From an uncultured Alphaproteobacteria bacterium (GTDB taxonomy: Bacteria; Pseudomonadota; Alphaproteobacteria; JALCBB01): 64,000 bases of DNA. A model generated the notes under the pieces. It saw nothing but the letters and a program-made list of their open reading frames with translations. It had not been told where the DNA came from and made no database searches. The translations under genes were made by a program, and so were the position numbers. The DNA lies in the NCBI GenBank assembly GCA_958267355.1, contig OY279575.1:1246295-1310294 (forward strand), in the 5' to 3' direction. This document shows positions 40,471-47,919 of the stretch, piece after piece (position 1 is the stretch's first letter; every line of letters begins with the position of its first letter).

Positions 40471-41213
40471 ACATCGCGCGTAGCACTTCGTGTGCCGCCG
40501 GGCTGCCACAAAACATCTGCCTCTCCTCCATCATTCGCAACCCGCGACAAAACAAACAACAAATCAGACAAACGATTCATATAACGCAAAACCGACTCAC
40601 CCACAGACTCAGATTCCGCCAAAGCAAAAAGCGCACGCTCAGACCGCCGCGCCATCGTGCGAGCCAAATGCAATCCCGCCGCCGTGCGCGTGCCGCCAGG
40701 CAAAATAAAACTCGTCAGCGGAGCCAAGCCCGCATTATGCGTATCTATCGCTTGCTCTAATGCCTCCACCTGCGCAGGGATAATACGCAGAGCTGTATCT
40801 TGGCGCGCGGCTTTAGTTGTGTCCTTGTTGGTTGCGTCTGTGCCGTTAGTGTCTGTGCCGTTAGCGTCTGTGCCGTTAGCGTCTGTGCCGTTAGTATCCG
40901 CGCTAGCCGATTGCGCAGTCGGCGGACACGCCAAGTCAGCTCCCAAATCAAACAGCTCGTTCTGCACCCGCGCAAGCAAGTCATCCAACGCCGCGGCTTG
41001 GGGCTCTAGGTCAGCGCGGATCACCCCCAAGACCGCGTTTAGCTCGTCCACCGCACCAAACGCCGCAACCCGCAAGCCGCTCTTCGCAACCCGCGAACCA
41101 TCGCCAAGCGAAGTTTTGCCCGCGTCTCCGCCACGGGTGTAGATGCGAGTTAAGCGAACCAATTCTGCTTCTCCAAAGCCCGAGCAAAAGCCAAGCCCGC
41201 CCGCGCCATCCAC
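40455..41213 (-). CDS. PduO-type ATP:cob(I)alamin adenosyltransferase with an internal NGTDA repeat insertion
   Basis: LTRIYTRGGDAGKTSLGDGSRVAKS...FILPGG motifs; insertion TNGTDANGTDANGTDTNGTDATN from 15-bp repeat x4 at ~40800-40910; a TTG at 41162 is the more likely start. Confidence 0.8.
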   Translation of the reverse strand: MDGAGGLGFCSGFGEAELVRLTRIYTRGGDAGKTSLGDGSRVAKSGLRVAAFGAVDELNAVLGVIRADLEPQAAALDDLLARVQNELFDLGADLACPPTAQSASADTNGTDANGTDANGTDTNGTDATNKDTTKAARQDTALRIIPAQVEALEQAIDTHNAGLAPLTSFILPGGTRTAAGLHLARTMARRSERALFALAESESVGESVLRYMNRLSDLLFVLSRVANDGGEADVLWQPGGTRSATRDVPPDG

Positions 41214-41214
41214 G

Positions 41215-41285
41215 CCACGCCAAGGCTAAAGTCGGGTACAATAGCCGCCACAATAACCATCACAATAGCCGCCACAATAACCATC
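41215..41285. repeat. tandem repeat, 18-bp unit (agccgccacaataaccat) x3
   Basis: direct reading. Confidence 0.7.
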
Positions 41286-41296
41286 CGAGCCCACGC

Positions 41297-41491
41297 TCAA
41301 CGCGCCGCCAAGACCGCAAGCACAAAAAATCCTATCGTCACCGCCTGGGCAATCACGCGCCACCGCATCAAACGATTTGACCAACGAGCGTTGGTATCTC
41401 CGCCCCGCGCCATTACCGCCAAGCCCGCAAGCAAGATCGCGAGAGTCGCCGCCATGGACACGCCCAGCAAGACAAAAAGAACAAAAGCCAT
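41297..41491 (-). CDS. twin-transmembrane small protein (HIG1-domain-like)
   Basis: MAFVLFVLLGVSMAATLAILLAGLAVMARGGDTNARWSNRLMRWRVIAQAVTIGFFVLAVLAA: two TM helices with an RWRV motif; the longer ORF N-terminus is discounted. Confidence 0.5.
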   Translation of the reverse strand: MAFVLFVLLGVSMAATLAILLAGLAVMARGGDTNARWSNRLMRWRVIAQAVTIGFFVLAVLAAR

Positions 41492-42503
41492 CACTGGCAA
41501 GTCTAGCGACTCGCGCGGGCTTTCGCTAGGGGGCAGGACTGCGCCCAACCGTGCCGATGCCGTTCTGTGGCTCATCGGCACGCCGATCGGCAACTTGGGC
41601 GACTTGACCTTGCGGGCACGGGAAGCCTTGCGCTCTGCCGATGCGCTTGCCGCCGAGGATACACGGCGTATCCGCAAGCTTTTGTCGGCGGAAGCGATTG
41701 CGACTCCGCGTCAATGTTTTTCCTATCGGGCGGAAAATGAAGCCCGCGCCAGCCAGCGCATTCTTGGACTTCTAAGCACAGGACAAAAAGTCGCGCTCGT
41801 CAGTGATGCAGGTATGCCCGCCATCAGCGACCCTGGAGCGGTGGCAGTCCGTGAAGCCCTTGCTGCGGGGTTTCGCGTTGAAGTGATACCCGGAGTCAGT
41901 GCTGTGACTACGGCGGTGGCTTTGTCGGGGTTTGGCGGTAAGGGTTTTGTTTTTACGGGCTTTGCTCCACATCGCAAGGCGCGGATTGCGCGTATGCTGG
42001 CTCCGTATCAAGACTTTGCAGGAGCGATTGTGGTTTTTGAAAGTCCGCGTAGGTTGGGGCGTATGCTTGCAGTTGCCGCTGAAACTTTGGGCGGAAATCG
42101 CTCTGCCTTAGTGGCTTTTGAAATGACAAAGTTGCACGAGCGGGTATGGCGGGGGACTTTAGATGAACTTGCGGTGCGGGCGGTTGCGGCGCAAGCGAAT
42201 TTGCAAGCGGCGGGAAGCAACAAGGGAAAAAGCACAGAAAAAAACAAGGAAAGAAACAAGAAAAGAAGCAAGGAAAGCAACAAGGAAAAAAACAAAGAAA
42301 AAAACAAAACTAGGAGTCAGAGCATAAGTGCGGCAAAAGACCAGACGCAACGCGGGCAGGACAAACCAAAAGCAGAAAGCACAGGCGAAGCACTGCCTGA
42401 TGATTTTCCTTCTAATGACTTGCCTTCTGATGACTTGCCTTTGGGAGAGGCGACTCTGGTGATTGCTCCTGCACCGAAACCAGAACCAGACGAAGAAGAT
42501 TAG
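41454..42503 (+). CDS. rsmI: 16S rRNA (cytidine1402-2'-O)-methyltransferase RsmI with a Lys/Asn/Glu-rich C-terminal extension
   Basis: LWLIGTPIGNLGDLTLRAREAL...ALVSDAGMPAISDPG...VIPGVSAV; start uncertain (no ATG close to the motif; 41454 or a non-ATG start); tail KSTEKNKERNKKRSKESNKEKNKEKNK... Confidence 0.8.
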   Translation: MDTPSKTKRTKAITGKSSDSRGLSLGGRTAPNRADAVLWLIGTPIGNLGDLTLRAREALRSADALAAEDTRRIRKLLSAEAIATPRQCFSYRAENEARASQRILGLLSTGQKVALVSDAGMPAISDPGAVAVREALAAGFRVEVIPGVSAVTTAVALSGFGGKGFVFTGFAPHRKARIARMLAPYQDFAGAIVVFESPRRLGRMLAVAAETLGGNRSALVAFEMTKLHERVWRGTLDELAVRAVAAQANLQAAGSNKGKSTEKNKERNKKRSKESNKEKNKEKNKTRSQSISAAKDQTQRGQDKPKAESTGEALPDDFPSNDLPSDDLPLGEATLVIAPAPKPEPDEED

Positions 42504-42504
42504 C

Positions 42505-42575
42505 TTTTACTGCCAACTCAGAAGATTAGCTTTTACTGCCAACTCAGAAGATTAGCTTTTACTCTTCTTGCCAAT
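42505..42575. repeat. tandem repeat, 26-bp unit (ccaactcagaagattagcttttactg) x3
   Basis: direct reading. Confidence 0.8.
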
Positions 42576-42927
42576 CCACAGGCACAAAACAACTCGGACG
42601 ATTCAAGTGGCAGGCATTTCCTGTCTGTTCAACATAGGCGAGCAAGCTATCGCCATCGCAATCTTGCAAGAGCTCAACCAGTCGCTGATAATTGCCGCTG
42701 GTTTCTCCTTTACGCCATAGCTTTTGCCGTGAGCGCGACCAGTACCACATATCGCCGCTGGTGAGCGTGCGGCGCAGGGCTTCTTCGTTCATCCAGGCGT
42801 GCATGAGCGGCTCGCCTGACCCTGCCCGACACGCCAGCACGGAGATTAATCCGTCCGCTGTGAAGCACAGGCGGGCGATGAAGGCGTCTTGGGCGGCAGA
42901 CGCAGGAGCGGTATAGGTAGAAGCCAT
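42559..42927 (-). CDS. hisI: phosphoribosyl-AMP cyclohydrolase
   Basis: LMHAWMNEEALRRTLTSGDMWYWSRSRQKLWRKGETSGNYQ...DCDGDSLL...GNACH. Confidence 0.85.
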   Translation of the reverse strand: MASTYTAPASAAQDAFIARLCFTADGLISVLACRAGSGEPLMHAWMNEEALRRTLTSGDMWYWSRSRQKLWRKGETSGNYQRLVELLQDCDGDSLLAYVEQTGNACHLNRPSCFVPVDWQEE

Positions 42928-43025
42928 TGCCCCAAGCCTAGCACCCAAAGGCGGGAAACCCTAGCAAGGCGGAGCGATTGCCTATAGGATAGCCAGACGC
43001 GCGTCACATTTTCGGTAGGTCTGGA

Positions 43026-43754
43026 ATGTCGCTATACAGCAATCTTCGTCGTCGTCGTCGTCGTCGCCTTTTGGTCTTGGCGCGGCGGTTTCTGGTGCTT
43101 GGAGTTTTGGCGGCGGGCTTTGCTTTTGTCTGGGATCTCGGACGACAGAGCGAGTCGGGGCGGGCTTTGACGGTAACGCGCCAGCTGGAAGAACAGGCGG
43201 CGCGTTTGGCGACTTTGGCGGAGCAACAGGCGAAGGCTTTGGCGGACAATGAGTTGTTGCAGCGTGAGATTTACAGCTTGCGGGTGCAGCTGCGGCGTGA
43301 GGGACAGCTTGGCGATCTGTCGGGGGTGATGGAAGAGGCAAGGCGCAAGGTGGCGGAAGGGGTTGCAATCTCGCGCTTGGAAGCGCGGATTCGTTCAACG
43401 GCTCCGTTGCTGACCTGTGGCGAAGCGGTGGAGCGAAGTATTTTGGTGCGCACGGGTACTTCGCGGCACGGAGATGAAACTGCAACTTTTGCCAACGGAG
43501 CCATTGCCATCAGCTTGACGGCACAGGATGCGAATGGAGTTTTGCCTGAACGTTATCATCCTGCGCATAGTTTGCGGCTTGTGGCGGCACAGGCGGGGCA
43601 GGTGCCGTATGTTGCGGAGGGCAGGCTTCCGCATTCTTTTGCTTTGACCCGCGAAGAAGCGGAGTATCGGTTTTTGGTTTTTGCGCCTTTGGGTAGTCGT
43701 AGTTCGGGTACGGCGATTGTGCGGGGCGAGCGTTGTTTAGAGGAAAAGCAGTAG
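43026..43754 (+). CDS. hypothetical membrane-anchored protein with a poly-Arg N-terminus
   Basis: MSLYSNLRRRRRRRLLVLARRFLVLGVLAAGFAFVW (single TM), then a coiled-coil-like and conserved-looking C-terminal domain; no family recognised. Confidence 0.4.
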   Translation: MSLYSNLRRRRRRRLLVLARRFLVLGVLAAGFAFVWDLGRQSESGRALTVTRQLEEQAARLATLAEQQAKALADNELLQREIYSLRVQLRREGQLGDLSGVMEEARRKVAEGVAISRLEARIRSTAPLLTCGEAVERSILVRTGTSRHGDETATFANGAIAISLTAQDANGVLPERYHPAHSLRLVAAQAGQVPYVAEGRLPHSFALTREEAEYRFLVFAPLGSRSSGTAIVRGERCLEEKQ

Positions 43755-43915
43755 GGTTTTTTGGCTTGTTGTTTTTTAGCTTGTTATTTTTAGGTTTGGA
43801 GTTTTTGGGCTTAGTGTTTTTGGGCTTGGAGTTTTTGGGCTTGATGTTTTTGGGCTTAGTGTTTTTGGGCTTAGTGTTTTTGGGTTTAGTGTTTTCAAGC
43901 TTGGTGCGTATAAGT
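43755..43915. repeat. tandem repeat, 15-bp unit (gtttttgggcttagt) x~10
   Basis: direct reading. Confidence 0.85.
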
Positions 43916-44782
43916 TTAGTACTTCCAAGCTAGGTGCAGGGCGGCGATACCGCCGCCGAGTCGTTCGCTGACGACCGAGCGAAATCCTGCGGCTTTGAGC
44001 CACTGGCTTACGGTTTCGGCGTCGGCGAAGGTTTCAATGGACTCCACCAGATAGCGGTATGCGGCTTCGTTGTCGGCGATTTGTTTGCCTAAGGCGGGAA
44101 TGAGTCGCCGCGACAGGCGGCGATAGAGTTCTGAAAAAATCGGCGTATCGGGCGGGGAAAATTCCAGCACGGCGAGTCGTCCGCCTGAGTCCAAGACGCG
44201 GAAGGCTTCGCTTAAGGCTTGTCTGGGGTGCGTCATATTGCGCAAGCCGAAGGCAAGGGTAATTGCGGCAAAGGAGTTGTCAGCACACTTTAAGTCTTCG
44301 GCGTTGGCGACTTGCCAGGTGATAGCGTGGGGTGGGATTCCGTGGGTGAAGCTTCGGTTTTGTCCGTGGTGTAGCATTTCGGCGGTTAGGTCAGCGACGG
44401 TGATGATGGCTTTGCCGTTTGTGGCTTTGTATAGGCGGAAGGCGATATCTCCTGTGCCGCCTGCTAGGTCTAGGCAGTGTTCGCCCGCTCGCGGAGCCAC
44501 GCGAGCGACGAGTGCATCTTTCCAGACCTTGTGGAGTCCGAGCGACATTAAGTCATTCATTTGGTCATAGGAGTCTGCGACTTCGGCGAAGAGCTGGCGC
44601 ACGCGGTTGGTTTTGTCGTGGGCGTTTATGGTTTCGGCTCCGAAGGAAACCTGTGGCGGACTTTCTTGTCGGCGAGCAGTGCGATGGGCAGTGCGACGTA
44701 CGGGGTGGCGTTCAGGACGGCGTTGGGAGCGGCGTTCAGGGCGGCTTGCGGGGCGAAGGCGATTTTTTGTGGTCTGTTGCAT
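43916..44782 (-). CDS. ubiE: ubiquinone/menaquinone biosynthesis C-methyltransferase UbiE
   Basis: VSFGAETINAHDKTNRVRQLFAEVADSYDQMNDLMSLGLHKVWKD...LDLAGGTGDIAF; the Arg-rich N-terminal 45 aa are of uncertain translation. Confidence 0.85.
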   Translation of the reverse strand: MQQTTKNRLRPASRPERRSQRRPERHPVRRTAHRTARRQESPPQVSFGAETINAHDKTNRVRQLFAEVADSYDQMNDLMSLGLHKVWKDALVARVAPRAGEHCLDLAGGTGDIAFRLYKATNGKAIITVADLTAEMLHHGQNRSFTHGIPPHAITWQVANAEDLKCADNSFAAITLAFGLRNMTHPRQALSEAFRVLDSGGRLAVLEFSPPDTPIFSELYRRLSRRLIPALGKQIADNEAAYRYLVESIETFADAETVSQWLKAAGFRSVVSERLGGGIAALHLAWKY

Positions 44783-44799
44783 AGGCTTATGATAGCCTG

Positions 44800-44990
44800 C
44801 TTTGCTGTTGCTTTGTAAGTTGCCTTGCTGTTGCTCTGTACATTGCTTTGGCTCTGTACATTGCTTTAGCTCTGTATATTGCTTTGGCTCTGTACATTGC
44901 TTTAGCTCTGTATATTGCTTTGGCTCTGTAGATTGCTTTGGCTCTGTATATTGCTTTGCAGTTGCTTGCTACTGGGAGTCATAGTCTTAT
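44800..44990. repeat. tandem repeat, 18-bp unit (gctctgtacattgctttg) x~10
   Basis: direct reading. Confidence 0.85.
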
Positions 44991-45015
44991 CTCGGCTTTG
45001 TGTTAAAGTTGTTCT

Positions 45016-45903
45016 ATGCCTGAATTGCCTGAAGTAGAAACACTACGCCGCGATCTGGAGCCTGTCCTTACAGGCAAGCGGATTGAATGGGTGCGGGTTC
45101 GGCGGCGTGATTTGCGCTTTCCGTTGCCGCGTGGTTTTGCGGGGCGGCTTGGCGGGCGGCGGGTTGTGGCGTTAGCACGGCGGGGTAAATATCTTTTGTT
45201 GCATTTAGAAGATGGCGTGACGGCGATTTGCCACTTGGGTATGAGCGGACAGCTTTTAGCCGAGCGGACAAATCTAGAGCCGCGTCAGGATTCTGTGCCA
45301 CGGGCAAAGCACGAGCATTTGGTATTTTTTCTTGAAGGCGGGGTGCGGCTTGGGTTTGTTGATCCGCGGCGGTTTGGCTTTTGGGATCTTTGTCCGACTG
45401 AGCGGCTTGGAGTTTATGCGCGGTTTGCGGCGATGGGTCCTGAGCCACTGGACAGCTCCTTTAACGGAGCGGTTTTGCGAGCGGCATTGAAGGGCAAGCG
45501 GAGTGCGATTAAGCCTGCTTTGCTTGACCAGCGGGTTGTCGCGGGGGTGGGAAATATTTATGCGAGTGAAGCTTTGTTTTACGCGGGGATTTCTCCCTTG
45601 TCTGAAGCGGGGCGTATTGGTGCGAAGCGGGCGGAGCGTTTAGCTGAGTCCATTCGCATGGTTTTGGGTCAGGCGATTCAGGCGGGGGGTAGTACGCGGC
45701 GGGATTATCTGCGTCCGAATGCGGAAGCGGGTTGGTTTCAGCATTCTTGGGCGGTTTATGAGCGGGCGGGTATGGCGTGTCCGCAGTGTGTTTGCGGAGC
45801 AGGCAGGCGCAAACAATTGGGCGGGGCGAAGGCTAGGGGCGGAATTCGGCGTATAGAGCAAGCTGGAAGATCTACCTTTTACTGTCCGCATAAACAGGGC
45901 TAG
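45016..45903 (+). CDS. mutM: formamidopyrimidine-DNA glycosylase
   Basis: MPELPEVETLRRDL N-terminal catalytic Pro-Glu, H2TH region, C-terminal zinc finger CPQC...C. Confidence 0.9.
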   Translation: MPELPEVETLRRDLEPVLTGKRIEWVRVRRRDLRFPLPRGFAGRLGGRRVVALARRGKYLLLHLEDGVTAICHLGMSGQLLAERTNLEPRQDSVPRAKHEHLVFFLEGGVRLGFVDPRRFGFWDLCPTERLGVYARFAAMGPEPLDSSFNGAVLRAALKGKRSAIKPALLDQRVVAGVGNIYASEALFYAGISPLSEAGRIGAKRAERLAESIRMVLGQAIQAGGSTRRDYLRPNAEAGWFQHSWAVYERAGMACPQCVCGAGRRKQLGGAKARGGIRRIEQAGRSTFYCPHKQG

Positions 45904-45913
45904 ACTTGCGGCT

Positions 45914-46345
45914 ATGGCTTTTCGGCGAATCTTGTGGCTTGCGGTGCTGGTGCTGGTGGCGGTTTCTGTTGCCGAGCGGCGGGCGGGTTTTGTTTCTGGG
46001 TCTGTGGAAGGGCAGAGTCTGCAGGCGGCTTGGGCACAGACTGCGACGATTGCGACCACTGACTTTTTGTCTATTCTGCCTGAAATTCCTTTGCCCGCAG
46101 GTTTTGTGGAGTACACAGAAGAAGCGATTGTCTTTGACAAGCCCGCTGGACGAATTGCTGAAGCGGCGGCGTTTGGTGCGACTGATGCGGAAGTGGTGCG
46201 GCAATTCTACGCTGACACCTTGCCTTCGCTTGGCTGGCAGGAGTCGGGTGAGCTGATGTGGTTGCGCGACAGCGAAGAGCTTAGATTAGAAATTCTTGCT
46301 GAAGAAGCGGCGACACAGGTGCGTTTTTTTCTCCGCCCGCACTAG
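45914..46345 (+). CDS. hypothetical secreted protein
   Basis: signal-peptide-like N-terminus MAFRRILWLAVLVLVAVSVA; no recognisable family; 143 aa. Confidence 0.4.
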   Translation: MAFRRILWLAVLVLVAVSVAERRAGFVSGSVEGQSLQAAWAQTATIATTDFLSILPEIPLPAGFVEYTEEAIVFDKPAGRIAEAAAFGATDAEVVRQFYADTLPSLGWQESGELMWLRDSEELRLEILAEEAATQVRFFLRPH

Positions 46346-46762
46346 CACCTTGCGGTGGCACCTTGCGGTGCGGCATTCGTGCCAAGCCTTGGCTCTTCCA
46401 CCAGCCGTTAAGCCCCATAGTTTCAATAAGGGGTTAATTGAGCCAAAGCCCCCTGCAAGACCTTTAGACACAATTAGCCTGTGCTGAAAGCTATGAAGCC
46501 AAGCCTTGCTTGGTTTCCTAACACTTGGCATGAATGCTCCCCCGCAAGGGGGCTTGCGGTGCGGCATCAATGCCAGGCGTTAACCCTCTAATCTGCTTAA
46601 AAGCCCCATAGTTTCAAACATAGGCTACTTGTGTTTAAGCACCTTACAGGGGGCTAGACAAAATTAGCCTGTCCCTAAAACTATGAAGCCAAACCTTGCT
46701 TGGTTTCCTAACACTTGGCATGAATGCTCCCCCGCAAGGGGGCTTGCGGGGGTGCATCGGTG
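46346..46762 (-). repeat. cluster of dispersed-element modules in rc orientation (A x3, B x2); inverted partner of 36377-36850
   Basis: rc of 46441-46505 matches 36600-36760; begins right after the 45914..46345 stop and ends at the stop of the cold-shock gene. Confidence 0.85.
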
Positions 46763-47392
46763 CTAGAGTTCTGAGCCAGCGTCGCCTTTTTCGTCTATGC
46801 CTATGGCGGGAGCTTCTTCGCTTGCTGGGTCTGTGTTGCTGCTGCTGTCGCCGCTGGGGGCTTGCGAGGAAAGCTCAACTGTTTCGGCGGACAAGCCGCG
46901 CATTCCTTGTCGTACTTGCATGACCAAGCGATCGTCGGGGTTAACCGACAGGATTCCGCAACGGGTTAGCACGCGGCCGGGCAGGAAGATATCGGGTCCG
47001 CCGTCGTCGGGGGTGACGAAGCCGAAGCCTTTGCGGGCGTTGTAGAACTTGACTGTGCCTTCAACTGTGTGGAGTGGCCCACTTGGAGCGCGTGGTACGC
47101 CGCTGGCACTACCGCTACCGTATTGTGGTTCGCCTTCGCTTTCTACGGAGATTAAACGCTCTACCTGTACTCCGCGTGGGCTTTGCGATAGGGTTATGGT
47201 GATTTCTGCTCCTGGGTGCAGGGTTGTGACACCTGCCGCCGATAGGGCCGAGATATGCAAGAACGCGTCTTGTCCTTTGCTGGCGATTTCTACGAAGCCG
47301 AAGCCCTTGGTGGGATTAAACCACTTAACTTTGCCTGCGACTTGCTCTGCGTCTTCTGACGGAGCGGGTGAAGAGTCGTTTTCTTCTTGCAT
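46763..47392 (-). CDS. cold-shock-domain protein with two CSDs
   Basis: GKVKWFNPTKGFGFVEI... and GTVKFYNARKGFGFVTPDDGGPDIFLP: two RNP1-containing cold-shock domains. Confidence 0.8.
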   Translation of the reverse strand: MQEENDSSPAPSEDAEQVAGKVKWFNPTKGFGFVEIASKGQDAFLHISALSAAGVTTLHPGAEITITLSQSPRGVQVERLISVESEGEPQYGSGSASGVPRAPSGPLHTVEGTVKFYNARKGFGFVTPDDGGPDIFLPGRVLTRCGILSVNPDDRLVMQVRQGMRGLSAETVELSSQAPSGDSSSNTDPASEEAPAIGIDEKGDAGSEL

Positions 47393-47589
47393 TTCTGTGT
47401 GTCCTGGGTTACCTGATTTCGCGTGTTGTTGTCTTGTGGGTTGTGGGTTTGGTGCTGGGTCTGTTGCTGGTTAAATGGCTTGTGCCCTGACTCTGCCTTG
47501 CGGGATGGGTCGCAGGGCAGACAACAGGCACGGAACCAAGCCGTATTTTACGATACTTGTTGGGCTAGCTGGCGGGATACTTGGCAACG

Positions 47590-47730
47590 AAGGGGGCGCG
47601 GTGTAAGTTCAATGGGGCAAGTGTGGCACTGCGGACTTGTTTTGGCAAGGGGGAGATAAAGGGGGAGCTATACGGGGAGATGAAGGGGCAGGTGAAGGGG
47701 GGGATAAAGGGCAGATGAAAGGGGGAGATA
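47590..47730. repeat. G-run-rich tandem repeat (ggggagataaagg units) upstream of ileS
   Basis: direct reading; six or more G3-G7 runs on the + strand. Confidence 0.7.
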
Positions 47731-47919
47731 AAAGGCGGAGCCAATTGACGAGCCAATTTTGTGCTCTGGCGTGGTGGTGGGGGGAGCGATTTTGTGATTT
47801 TGTCTATCTTTGCGCTTTTTGGCTCTTGTCTATCTTTGCTTTTGGCTTTTACCTTGTCTAATTGTCTATGAATTGTCTAATTGTGCCTGCGTGGCGGATC
47901 GCGTTTCGGTTCTAATTTT

